From: the human T2T-CHM13v2.0 reference genome, Homo sapiens
Strand: one strand, 5' to 3'
DNA: 64,000 bases
Assembly (NCBI RefSeq): GCF_009914755.1
Contig: NC_060931.1
Shown piece by piece: positions 20,668 to 36,002 of the stretch. The translations under genes and the position numbers were made by a program. Under the pieces are notes generated by a model. The model made no database searches and had not been told where the DNA came from. It worked only from the letters and a program-made list of their open reading frames with translations. The first letter of the stretch is position 1. Every line of letters begins with the position of its first letter.

Positions 20668-21490
20668 ATATCAGTTCCTTATTGATGCTCTAACAAGTTA
20701 CCACCAGCCTGTTGACTTAAAAGAAACGAATGTATTGTCTTATGGTTCCAGAATTCAAAAGTCCAAAACGGGTCCCTCTGGGATAAATTCAAGATGGTGG
20801 TGGGGCTATGTTCCTTCTGTATTTCCTTGCCTTCTCCGGCTTCCAGAGGCTGCCCACACTCCTTGGCTAATGGCCCCCCATTACATCTTCAAACCCAGTC
20901 ATGGCAGATGGAGTCTTTCTCACCACACATCACTCTGCCTTTGCTTCCGTGGTCATAGTTCTTTGTCTGGCCCTGACTCTCCTGCCTCGCATTTTCTTTT
21001 TCTTTCTTTTTTCTTTTTTTTTTTTTTAAGACAGAGTCTCACTCTGTCTTCCAAGCTGGAGGGCAGTGGTGCGATCTCGGCTCACTGCAACCTCTGCCTC
21101 CTGGGTTCAAGCAAGTCTCTGCCTCAGCCTCCCGAGTAGTTGGGATTACAGGCACCTGCCAACACGCCCAGCTAATTTTTGTACTTTTAGTAGAGACGGG
21201 GTTTCACTATCTTGGCCAGGCTGGTCTTGAACTCCTGACCTCGTGATCCACCCGCCTTGGCCTCCCAAAGTGCTGGGATTACAGGTGTGAGCCACCGTGC
21301 CCGGCCCCCCTCACACTTTCATCTGTAAGGGCACTTGTGATGACTGTGGGCCCATCTGGATAATCCAGAAAATCTTTCCATCTCAAGGTCTTTCACTTAA
21401 TCGTATCTGCAAAGTCCCTTTTGTCATGTAAGGTAACATATTCACAGGTTCTGGGGATCAAAATGCAGATACCTTTGGGGAGCATTCTTA
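20668..21490 (-). mobile_element. MLT1 (ERVL-MaLR) LTR split by an AluS (20992-21306, minus)
   Basis: MLT1 motifs (ccttggctaatggccc, catctgcaaagtccctttt-like, gtaaggtaacatattcacagg) either side of an Alu. Confidence 0.8.
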
Positions 21491-22007
21491 TTATTGTGTG
21501 AACCACTTTGTAAGGTTGTTGTGAGGATTAAAAGTAAAGAAATATAAAGGACCTGGCTCGTAGAGACTGTTCAAGAAATAGATACTGATATTATAAGGTG
21601 AGTGGAGCTCAGCAACTACCGTTCCCTTCCCTTCCTCCCTTGGAAGGGTCTGGAGAACAGGGGTCTCTTGCCTCTTATTTTCTTGCCAGTCTTTCCTCTG
21701 TTTACATCAGTATGGCAACACTGGCAGAGGAGAGGGTCCAGATGGGGAGTAGCAGAGTTCTGGAGGAGGAGGAGAAAAGCAGTCAAACCCTTTTAGCTTG
21801 GCGATGATGATGAGCAGTGAAGGGCGTGCCAGGCATTAGCATGTCCTCCTGAGGGTACACCTGACCATGGCAACAGCAATCAAACAGGCTTTCTCTGGCT
21901 TGAGGCCCAACCTGCAGACTTGTGGGACCCCTAACCCTCACCCCTTCTGATCCCAGCAAGTTCTGGGGCAATGAACAAGCTCTCCCTGCTTGCACTGCAG
22001 AATCCAC

Positions 22008-22502
<495 letters not shown>

Positions 22503-23484
22503 TAACTGCTGCTCCCCCAAAGTCGGCCCCACCTGTGCTCTCTGTCACATGCAAGGCAGCTTCCTTCCTCCTCTGCTGACGTGCTGACAGCCTCAGAGAA
22601 GCCTGTGACACTGTGGCCAGGTCCTGAGCCCAGCCACCATCAGACCCCTGCACACGTAACCCTCTCCAGGCCACCACTTCTGTTACCTACTCTGGGCCCC
22701 AGGTGACATCTTTACCACCATGGCCCCTATGCTAGTTCTGCAGGACTGTGGGACCTGGCCTGGCCTCATCTTGACCAAAGTCGCCAAAGCCAGGCCTCAT
22801 GATCGTCCCCTCCGCCACCTGCTCCGACCACACTGCACAATACTCAAGGTGCCATTTGCATCCTAGTGGCTGTATTGTGTGTGTATTTACTAAAACCACT
22901 TTCCAGTAGATGACAGTCTAGAGCCTTGGGGAAACAGAGCCTTTTCTAATTCACAAAAAGATGCCATTAGGGCTAGCAGCAGGGTCCCAGCCAAGGAGGG
23001 CGGCATGAGAGCTTACTACCTCTCTCCTGGAATGCGTGAGGCCGAGTCAGCCTTGAGGACCCATGCTGTCTACTCCGGATGTCATCTCAAACACAGGGGA
23101 CCCAGGGAGAAGGTACAAACACTGACCAGCACAAAGATGCCCGGCATCCCTCCCACGAAGGAAGGACATGCCCCTGCTGTGCTGTCCCCGCCCCAAGTCC
23201 CTATCCCTCCTTTTTGTCCCTTGCATGGCACCTGCTAGAGAAGTTCTCTGTCTCACTGTGCCACATGAGGGAAGAAACCTCCCAGCCCCCCTGCCTGCCC
23301 CACCCCCGTCACTGATTTGGATCAGGGATTGGTGTCATTTTCTCAGGTAGTAAAAGATCCTTTTCTGGCTCCATGGCTCCAGAAGGCACTGCAGTCAAGG
23401 GGAGCCCTCACAGGCCTTGGAGAGCAACAGGCAAGGGTCTGCTGCATGGCCTTGAATGTACTCAGAATGACACAGGAGGCATGA

Positions 23485-23797
<313 letters not shown>

Positions 23798-23849
23798 TGC
23801 TTGTTTTTATAGACTGAGTCCCACTGAGCAAAGACTGTGAAATATTCAA

Positions 23850-24200
23850 GCGCGCAGCCCGGAGCACTGTGACAGCTTAACTGTCACTCACCGCCCCCAG
23901 GAGGCTGCGCTGTGTGGTGTGGCAGGGAGCCACCGACCATGAAGGCTCAGGCCACCAGGAGAATGGTGAGACTGTCACCTCAGAGAGAACGAGTTGTCAG
24001 TCGCTCATTAGGTCAATTAGTAGCCGCGTGGATTAGTGGAACAGGTGACAGCAGAGAGAGACGATTTCTGTGAAGAACACAGTCTGTGGGGAATGAGCTG
24101 GTTAGTGACTGTCAAAGACATTAATGATGACGTTTCCAGCTGGCCATGAGTGGCAACTCAGCAAACAGCAAAGACATTCCTGTAATGGCGAAACCTTCCA
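23850..24200. promoter_or_regulatory. Candidate enhancer/promoter: TGACAG cluster, TAAT cores, MYB and CRE-half sites, retained CpGs
   Basis: TGACAG/CTGTCA at 23870, 23881, 23972, 24046, 24109; TAACTG 23878; TGACGT ~24128. Confidence 0.5.
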
Positions 24201-24521
24201 GACTCCCTTCCCTCTTTCTCTCAAGACTTTGAGTTGATGAAGACGTGCATGTGCTCACAAATGTGTATGCACAAACACACGCTCCGCACCAGCGGGGATC
24301 CTATGAGACCCTTCGGTCTTGTGTCCTAGACCGTGTTGTCAGAGAGTAGTTTTAAGAAGATACCCCATTTCTTAGGGGGGTTTTTGGACATGGAGTAAGT
24401 CTCAGTTATAGTTTGAGTCACATTGCTCTCTGTAAAGATTAATAGCTATAACAGTGATATAGAAAAGAAGTATAATAATAATATAATGACATAATATCAT
24501 CTGACTTTATGTACTTCATGT

Positions 24522-25738
24522 TCTTCTACCACTATGTCACACAGAAAAGGAACTCTCTGTCCCTTGACTCAGGGATGGGTGCTCTAGGCCAACGCTGTAA
24601 CCATCCGTTATCCCCCGTACATTATCCCATATGAAGCTATCAATATAAGGGGACCGTGAAGAAAAACAAATAGCAATGGCAAAGAGCTTTGTAAATAATT
24701 AAATACCAACCAGTCATCCTGGTAGTGTTCTAAAGGAAAATAGCCTTAGGTGATTAGCTTGCACCATAAATAAGCCACCATAAAAATCTGTTAGCATCAG
24801 TCTCCCCCACCCCTAAATTGTTCTGTTTCTAAAAAATGTCGCTGTGCTAAACTTAACGGAGTCGAGCAGAGGTTTCAAAACAAGTGGATAGAAAAGCCTT
24901 AGAACAGGTTCTTAAGGCAGGAACAAAGCGTGCAATAGTAACACTTAATGGCACTAACTCCTTCACAAAGTCATTTTGTGACACTGTTTTTTTTTTTCTT
25001 GACCTTTTAGCTGATATTCAGACTCATGCTTCTCCTGGGGAGACCCCCTTTCCCCACACCTCATATCATCTCACCCCCTGGCAGGAAACTGTACCCAAGA
25101 GATTTTCCCCCTATCCTTTTAACAACTATGATAATTAGCGCATAATCCAAAATGTTGAAAACCACCTACATTTTTATTTACTTGTTTTCCAAAAGAACAA
25201 GCCAGGTTCAGTAGTTAATTTTTGCTGTCTGTCTTCTGGCTGAGTGAATCCCACCTTACCTTACAGTTACAAATTGGCAGGTTAGTGGTTGACTCTCTCT
25301 CTTTAAACAAGGAGAGGCAGCTTGCACTTTTTGTCACTTTGTTTTCTGGCTTATTTGATTATTGCTTAAAAGCAACTTATGGTTATATAACAAGAAGCAG
25401 GTTTTCCCTCTCCCAAAGAATGTCAGATCCTGAGATAGGAAATGGGATCCGGCTCTAGGGTGAGAAGAGAGAAAGGGATCGATCCCTCTACCGTTAACCT
25501 CCAGATGCATAGGTTGGGGGAGGGGCGGTTCCTTAGGACTCCTTGGGGTGCAGCTAGAAACCTTTTGTGCATCCAGCTCCCCCAGCCCTGAGGGGGTGTC
25601 TTGAGGGTAAAGGACTCCTTTAAAGGGGCTTATACTCAAAGAATAATGTCATTAGATGGTTACAGCGCTGGCCGAGAGCACCCATCCCTGAGCCAAGGGA
25701 CAGAGAGTCCCTTTTCTGTGTGACATAGTGGTAGAAGA
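24522..25738. repeat. 84-bp inverted repeat (arms 24522-24605 and 25655-25738), 1049-bp spacer
   Basis: 80/84 complementary, no gaps, checked by hand. Confidence 0.95.
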
Positions 25739-26307
25739 GCAATGGCAGACCAGCGACTGTGATCTTAGCAGTGGTTCTAGGTCATCAAACTTTTTATGTG
25801 GATGGGCAGAGATCTTATCAGATTACAAGGTTACAAGTTATCAGTGGAGATATCTCTGCCCAGGGCACCACAGGTGCCCTGACAGTGGCTAGAAAGAGGA
25901 TACCAGATGGCCCGTATTTCATTATGGCTTCATGAGGGTGCTGGGGAGAATGGTGGAAAGTCTCTTGTAAGAATCAATTTGCCCCTGGAAGGAAGCTTTG
26001 AAAATAATTGGGGTGATAGTTTAGAAAAATGACTAGTGAGCTTGGAAATCATAACAATGCTGTTGTGAATTTCTAACAAAGTAATTTTGAATTGTTTTCA
26101 ATTGGCTGGTAACAAGAACTAAATATTTAAATGCAATACATTTAATGGATGTTTTTTGAGAAAGCTTTTGTAAGATGATGTTGTAACTGTTGGTGTTGGT
26201 TTATTGTTGAAAGTGTTAGACTGAGAAGGTTAGAATGTTGGAAGCATCTGCATGTAGGTGATGAGAGTATGTGGGAAATATGTGAAAGTGATTGGCTGGC
26301 TTTGGAC

Positions 26308-26831
26308 CAGAGGTCCCCAGCCCTGGGACCACAGACTGGTATTGGTCTGTGGCCTGTTAGGAACCCGGCTGGACAGCAGGAGGTGAGCTGCGGGTGAGCA
26401 AGCGAGCGAAGCTTCATTTGTATTTACAGCCGCTCCCCACTGCTCACATTACTGCCTAAGCTCTGCCTTCTGCCAGATCAGTGGCAGCATTAGATTCTCA
26501 TAGGAGCATGAACCCTATTGTGAACTGCACATGCAAGGGATCTAGGTTGCGAGCTCCTTATGAGAATCTAATGCCTGATGATCTGTCACTGTCAGCCTGA
26601 GACTGGACCATCCAGTTGCAGGAAAACAAGCTCAGGGCTCCACTGATTCTATATTATGGTGAATTGTATAATTATTTCACTATATATTACAGTGTAATAA
26701 TAATAGAAATAAAGTGCATAATAAACATAATGTGTTTGAATCATCACGAAACCATCCCCCCATCCCTGGTCCATGGAAAAATTGTCTTCCACAAAACCGG
26801 CTCCTGGTGCCAAAAAGTTTGGGGACCGCTG
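26308..26831. mobile_element. MER1A (hAT-Charlie non-autonomous DNA transposon)
   Basis: TIRs cagaggtcccc...ggggaccgctg, ~524 bp, degenerate 8-bp TSD ctttggac/ctttagag. Confidence 0.88.
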
Positions 26832-26995
26832 CTTTAGAGGCTCAGGAACAAAATTCCTGGTCAGTACAAGGTAATGCTCTGTTTAACACACAGCAACACT
26901 GAAAGCAGGTCAGAATATCCTGAGGAAGTCTTAACTTCCAGTTCCCAGAGTCTATCTCCAGCCACAGCCAGCTATCTCCAAAAGAAATATTGCCT

Positions 26996-27299
26996 TTTCT
27001 TTTTTTTTTTTTTTTTGAGACGGAGTCTTGCTCTGTCACCCAGGCTAGAGTGCAGTGGCCAATCTTGGCTCACTGCAAGCTCCGCCTCCCAGGTTCAAGC
27101 CATTCTCCTGCCTCAGCCTCCTGAGTAGCTGGGACTATAGGCGCCCGCCACCACGCCCAGCTAATTGTTTTTGTATTTTTAGTAGAAGACGGGGTTTCTC
27201 CGTGTTAGCCAGGATGGTCTCGATCTCCTGACCTCATGATCTGCCCGCCTCAGCCTCTCAAAGTGCTGGAATTACAGGCATGAGCCACCGCGCCCGGCT
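26996..27299 (-). mobile_element. AluY-like
   Basis: Y diagnostics gcaagctccgcc, cgtgttagccaggatgg; TSD gaaatattgcctttt. Confidence 0.88.
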
Positions 27300-27497
27300 G
27301 AAATATTGCCTTTTCATTCATTCATTCCTACTGACTGTCCTTTATATCTCAGCTATTGGTCAGGTGATGGGGATACAGCATTCATCAAAGTCTTGTCCTC
27401 ATGAAACATATATTTATAGCAGAAGAAAAACAACAAACATGTTAACATACAGCCTAATGTCAGGTGGTGATGGGTACCACAAAAATAAATAAAGCAG

Positions 27498-27926
<429 letters not shown>

Positions 27927-28435
27927 CTAGGGACAGGCTCCATGGTGGTTCAGGGAACAGTCAGGAAGCCTCTGTGGCTGGAGTCAAGTGAGTGGGTCAA
28001 AGAGTCATACAAGATAAAGTAGGAGAGATAATCAGGAGCCGAGTCAGACAAGACCTAAGCAGGCCACAGTGAGACATGTGTAGGTCATTTTCATGATATA
28101 GAAATGGAAGCCACTGGAGTGTTCCCAGCAGGAGAGCGACCCATTCTGATTTGCTTTGTTAAAGGTTGACTCTGTGTGCCATGTGAAGATTGGATTGTGA
28201 GTGGTGGCCAGGGTCGGAGCTGGGGGCAGTACCAAAGGAGACTAGTGACTTGAACTGTGGTGGAAGTGGTGAGAAAGGTCTGTTCAAAACGTGTTTTGGG
28301 CTGGGCACTGTGAATCACTCCCGTAATCCCAGCACTTAGGTAGGCCAAGGTGGGCAGATCACCTGAGGTCAGGAGTTCGAGACCAGCCTGGCCAACATGG
28401 CGAAACCCCATCTCTACTAAAAATACAAAAATTAG

Positions 28436-28580
28436 GATGCAGCTGAACATGTGGAGGTGACTGGCAGGTGGTGTGCCCAGAGAGGGGATGGAGACTCCGT
28501 GCCCCTCCCCACAGCATTGCCCTATGCATCTTCTCCACCGGGTGTTCATCAGAATCCTTTTCGATGTCCTTAATAAACCG
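28436..28580 (+). mobile_element. MER21-like LTR fragment (first exon of retrocopy)
   Basis: gaacatgtggagg...ttgccctatgcatct...taataaaccg, ending abruptly. Confidence 0.7.
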
Positions 28581-28701
28581 AGATAATCTTCATTTATTTC
28601 CTCTTCATGTTTCCCCCTCTTTGAAGCTGCCATGAAACACAAACTCTTCTCATTCAAACAAATGCTTAGCTGGCTTTTGGAACATAAATCTTTCATTAGC
28701 A

Positions 28702-28813
28702 GGTCTCGCTCTGTCATCCAGGCTGGAGTGGAGTGGTATGATCATAGCTCACTGTAGCCTCCTGTGCTCAAGTGATCCTCTCACCTTAGCCTCCTGAGTA
28801 GCTGGGATTACAG
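28702..28813 (-). mobile_element. Alu right-arm segment with exon-like boundaries
   Basis: Starts ggtctcgctctg, ends gggattacag; no poly(T), no TSD. Confidence 0.8.
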
Positions 28814-29892
28814 GATAACTTCCTGCAATGAGTCAGCTAAACATTCCTGAATCCAACCATTCTATCCCTGGCAAACTCCAGTATCTGATGCTCTATCACA
28901 TGTGGAAACAAAGTCACTCGCATCAGTTTCAACAAGTACACTGCTTAGTGAAATATAGGTCTTTAAAAACACACTGGAATTTGAAAAAGAAACAACACAT
29001 TGATGGTAATGTCTTCCTCTGAATGAATGTGTGTAAAACTGTAACAGGCACAAAAACCAAAGCCAAAGAATCACAGACTTACATCTGTCAAACCGATTCC
29101 ACAGAAGCCATTTCAATATCAGGGCTATTTCTTAGATAGGTTTAAAAATGTATCTCACAATTTAAATTGGAAAACGAAGCTAAGCGCAAACACCAAGTAG
29201 AAGTTACACCACAAGGAACATGCAGGTCAGCCAGGTGTAGAAGATAAATGGTCAGAATATGATATGAAGAAGAAGACTAAGAAAGTACATATAGCAATTC
29301 AATCTCTACCAGGTTCTCTCAATCAACATTGGAATTTAATCGAATTAAAAATAATCGCTCATAATGGAATATGGCATGGGCCAGTTTTTCTGTTAATATA
29401 ATGTTTGTGACAATGTGGACAGTGGCCTGGCTAATTAACGGGCAGGGAACGTGGAAGGAGCTGCTTCAGTTCAACACTGGGGACACGGTGTGGAGAACGA
29501 TGCAAGGATAGCTATCCAAAATCTGTGAGGGTCTACACTGCTTGGCAAGGCGGAGCTGTATAAGTGTGTGATTGTGGAGTGCAGAGTGGCCTCTGTAATA
29601 AAAGACCTAATGACAAAAGGAAAAGTAAATGTAACAAATGCTTATACAGTGTGTCTGCAAGTGTTGATAGGCACTGTGTAGGAAGACCATGTCAAATTCA
29701 TACTGAGAATTACCATGAATCACAGGGAACCAGACTGGCCTTGCTGATACCATTGGCACTCTTAGTTCTACCAAGGCATTTCTTGATAGATTCACCTAGA
29801 GGAATGGAAGTCATCCTCAAGCTTCAGATTGACCTGCTTCATGAATGTGAAGGAATAATATATGGTTGTGCAGTTTATCCTGTTACCACTAA

Positions 29893-30470
29893 CTTTTTTC
29901 TTTTGTCTTGCTGTATAGCCCAGGCTGCAAAGCAGGGGCAGGATCACAGCCCCCTGCAGCCTAGACCTCCCAGGCTCACGTGATCCTCCCACCTCAGCCT
30001 CCCGAGTAGCAGGGAATACAGGCATGCGCCACCAGGCCCAGGTTTTTGTTTTTGTGTTTTTGATGGATCCTTGCTCTGTCTCCCAGGCTGGAGTGCAGTG
30101 GCATGATCTCAGCTCACTGCAACCTCAGTCTCCCAGGTTCAAGCAATTCTCCCCTGACTTGGCCTCCCGAGTAGCTGGGATTACAGGTGTGTGCCACCAC
30201 AACTGGCTGATTTTTGCTTTTTTTAGTAGAGATGGGGTTTTGCCATGTTGGCCAGGCTGGTCTCGAAACTCTGACCTCAGCTGATCTGTCCACTTCAGCC
30301 TCCCAAAGTGCTGGGATTACAGGCATGAGCCACCATGCCTGGCCAATTTTTCTGTAGAGACGGGGTCTCCCTATGTTGCCCAGACTGGTCTCAAACACCT
30401 GGGCTCAAGTGATCCTCCCACCTCAGCCTCCCAAAGTGCTGAGATTACAGGCATGAGCCACAGTGCCCAG
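29893..30470 (-). mobile_element. AluJ with AluS nested in its linker (~30043-30344)
   Basis: Outer TSD acttttttcttttg; J-type arms flank a complete S-type dimer. Confidence 0.85.
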
Positions 30471-31704
30471 CACTTTTTTCTTTTGAACTATTACTCTCAC
30501 ATGATTTTCACTGCCACAGGTGGGGGTCCTCTGAGATAGTTTGTGTGTTATCTCCACAGGGTGATAGGCTGTGTTCTGGAAGGATGTTCAGGACTTGAAT
30601 TTCAGTTTTCAGTCACTCTCACTGGATTCCCAAACCAACCTAGTTTGGGACAAGAGATTATGAAACACTCCTTAGAAACACTAGCTCATCTCAACTAAAA
30701 TAGGGAGCGAATGAACCTGGCATACTAAAGTGTTAATAGTGACAAAATGAAAAATATAAAATAACCACAAAATAATGAGGTAATCTTGATGGAATGGGCA
30801 CATGTATCTGTGTGCCTCATTTTATGCAATGTAGGTATTTCAAAGAAGTTGTGTGTGAAATGAATTTCTGTAATCTGAATACTCCAAACAGGCCAAAGAA
30901 GCCTTGTTATTTAAAGAAATTCTGTAAGCAAATATTTTTAACTGAAAAAGTAAGGAAACTCCTGTTTCAGAAATCATGTTGTATATTTTGCTTAAAGTGA
31001 GGCACACTTGTATTAAACTAAGGAAAAAAAATCAGCGAATCGGGTTCTACTGTTTACATTATGTATAATTTCCAATGACATAAGATAATGAAAAGTGAAG
31101 ATGCCTAAACTGATTTGTGTTTAATTCAGCACACAGCTCAATCTGCCAACAAAGAGTTTTCATTTGGCATTTGCAAACACATTATCATTTAGATAGCACC
31201 ACCAAAGCAGCTTCAATGTTGCAACTTGAACATCATTAAAGAGACTACAATTTTTGGGGGGGCAATCAATTAGGTATCCACTTAAGGTAGGCATTAAGCA
31301 TTCCTAATTCTAATTAATTGATTCTAAATGATCATTTTTTAAAGCACAAACTTTTTGGTCCTGTAAAAAATGTGGTGGTTAATTGTAGCTTTAAAAAGCT
31401 GGACGACATTTTAATGTTCAAAATAGAAGTTAAATATTTTGTAAAATGATAGTAATGACCAAAAAAAAAGAAACTATATTTATGATTTAGTGCCTCTATA
31501 ATCTTGTTTATATCACCAAATACAAGTCACAACTGTCAAAAACAGCTTCCAGCTGCCAAATTGTTGGACGTGATGCTTGAGGAACTGGGGAAAGGAACAC
31601 TTTTTGTATTATTCTGGCTTTTGTCTCTGATAAGAAAGTGGAAACTTTGCCAAAGATATGAGTTGCAGTATTTTAATACAAAAAACAACTGCTTAAAATA
31701 ATTA

Positions 31705-32064
<360 letters not shown>

Positions 32065-32988
32065 TCAAGGAGGAACAGGTTTTGAGGGAAAAAGCAAGAG
32101 TTAGATTGCTGATAGTAAATTCAAGACACCTGTTAGACAACCACGTAGAGATGTCAAACAGGCAGCTGAATGCGGAGGCTGGAATGGGGGGGGAGGTCAG
32201 GGATGAGACATTAATTTGGGAGTCACAGTGTATAGATGGTAGAAAGTCACAGGGCTGGATGAGGTCACTTAGGGCGTGGCCTGTCTAGAGACATTGGCCC
32301 AGACCTGGAGCGCCCACTGCAAGAGATCATGAGGGTGAGAAGGATGCAGCCAAGACTAAGAAAGAGAGCCCAGGGAGGCTACAAATAAGTCAGCAGCGTG
32401 CAGCCAGATGAGAGTGTTTCAGAAGGAAGGAATATGTGGCCAACCATGGCAATGACAACCAATATGGATGAGGATTGTGATCAACTGAACATTGGATCTG
32501 GTAACAAGTGTTTTTCAAAGGACATAAAAGCCTGATTGGAAAGCAAATGGGAGGAGAGGATGTGGGGACAGTGAGAATAGTCAACGCTTGAACTCTTCTG
32601 TGAATAGAGTCCGAGAAATTAGGCAGAAACTGCAGGTGATGCAGAGTCAAAGGAAGACCCTTTTGCAAGTGGGAAATATTGTAGCATGTTTTGCTTGCCT
32701 ATGGGAAGGAGTCAGTAGAATTGAAAAAAGGAATGATGCAAGACAGTCAAAGAAAATTTCAGAACAAATAACTCAGTGTGTCAAATCTCTTGGATCCCAG
32801 CATGGGTGCTCCCAATCTTCCCCATCTGCTTCATGAAAACCTGGGATATACAAAATTATAGGTAAGGGTCCGAGATTAGAGCAGGTAGGTGGCCACAACA
32901 GGCAAAGCATGTACTCAAATGTCCAAGTTTCTCTTGTAAATTATTACCTTATTACATCGTGACATTTAGCGACAGGATTTTAGATTTA

Positions 32989-33429
<441 letters not shown>

Positions 33430-33940
33430 GTGATCAGCAGTAGCTGAAAAGAATTGAATTCCTGACAGCCTGAGGTTTTTTTTGTTCTCTTTTTTCTTTT
33501 TTTTCTCCCCTCAGGAGTAGTATCCAGGACCCACCCATTTTGTACTGAATAAACATCCCTAATGGTGCTTGGAGTCATCTGAGGAGGGAGGTCCCCAGAG
33601 AGGGGGAAAAAACCATTTTCCTGGTGGACTGGATGTGAGCCCAGGGTTTAAATTGAGTCAGAAGGATAAACTGAATTCATCTTCAGAGTTGAATTGCTCT
33701 TCTGGTAATCTGGAGGGTTGGGTTCTCCCCTGACCTGAATTTTCCGAGGAGCGATTTGTGCTGTTACACACATTTCTTTTGCTATACGAACTCAGACGGA
33801 GGTCAGAATGAACTCTGGCCAACAGGGTCTCACCTTATGGCTTTGAACAATGGGCAGTAGCAGACGTTCAGTTCCAATGATTTTGGCTGGCTCTTAATTT
33901 ATAGCCGCTCCCAAGACCCATAAAGAGGTGCCACAGTCGA

Positions 33941-34279
<339 letters not shown>

Positions 34280-34567
34280 TCACCTTTTCTGACAATAGCT
34301 TGATGCTACAGAGGGTTCTCAAAAATCTGCAATTCCCCAGATGTGACAACTAATCCAATCCCATTAGTGTCAGGCACATCATATTCTCAGTCTTTATTTT
34401 AAAAAATGAAAAGAATAAACCATACAAATAGATGAAAACATCCAAAATAATAGAGGAGGAAGCTCACACAGCTGAAAAAAAAGTTTCTTTCTTGAAGTAT
34501 TATCCAAAATAATATAATAAAACATTTTCATACATATGAGAATATTACAGGGATTAGAAGATAAATA

Positions 34568-34870
<303 letters not shown>

Positions 34871-35507
34871 ATAAAGTTCATGGGTTAGACTTGCAAATCA
34901 ATTTTCCAGTTGGATTCTGATACAAATAAAGCATGAAGAAAAGAGCGAGTAAATTTCTAGATTTGCAGTAGTTTGGATTTGTGTTTGTGAAAATATAATT
35001 ATATCCTATTCTAACCTGGTATGTAGTTTTATATTAGCTTTATTCTTGGCATGTTTAATATACAGGGAAATATTTGTTCTTCCCTTTGGAAACTGTGCAT
35101 TGTCTAGGCTCTATAGGACACCCCTCTGAGGGTTATCTGATTTCGAGTATGTGGAAGCCATTTTGTAACTCTGTACATTGTAGATTATTGGTATTGGTAG
35201 CAACGCAGAATACTTCTTATCTATGGACAAGCAAATTCTGTCCTGTATAGTAGAGGTTCAACTGGCTTCCTTCTTCCACAGAGGAAGAGGACAGTTTTAC
35301 TTCCATCTGAACAGTCATTTCAATATTCCTGATCTGTAAATATGTCTGTTTTTCAACTTCTCCCTTAAACTGCTTACAATCTCTGTACCAGTTTCCCCAT
35401 TAATATACAGTTTAATTTTTACATATGAATTTATGTTGTGATTCTATCCTACTTTGAAAATTATCTTTTAAAAATGGTAATTTTTGAAAGTATCAAAATA
35501 ATTATAA

Positions 35508-36002
<495 letters not shown>

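Noticed and set aside
20573-21139. 188-aa plus-strand ORF
   Set aside because: Reads through MIR, MLT1 LTR and Alu
24522-25738. Inverted repeat as DNA-transposon TIRs
   Set aside because: No TSD, no hAT/TcMar-type termini, no transposase remnant, and arms more similar than expected for long-extinct primate DNA transposons; a Dfam search is still advisable
28091-28717. 208-aa minus-strand ORF
   Set aside because: Non-ATG start; runs through Alu, unique, LTR, Alu and L2 pieces; no protein motif
29714-29795. VNLSRNALVEL as an LRR or RidA-like motif identifying the parent gene
   Set aside because: Too short to be significant; no gene name assigned
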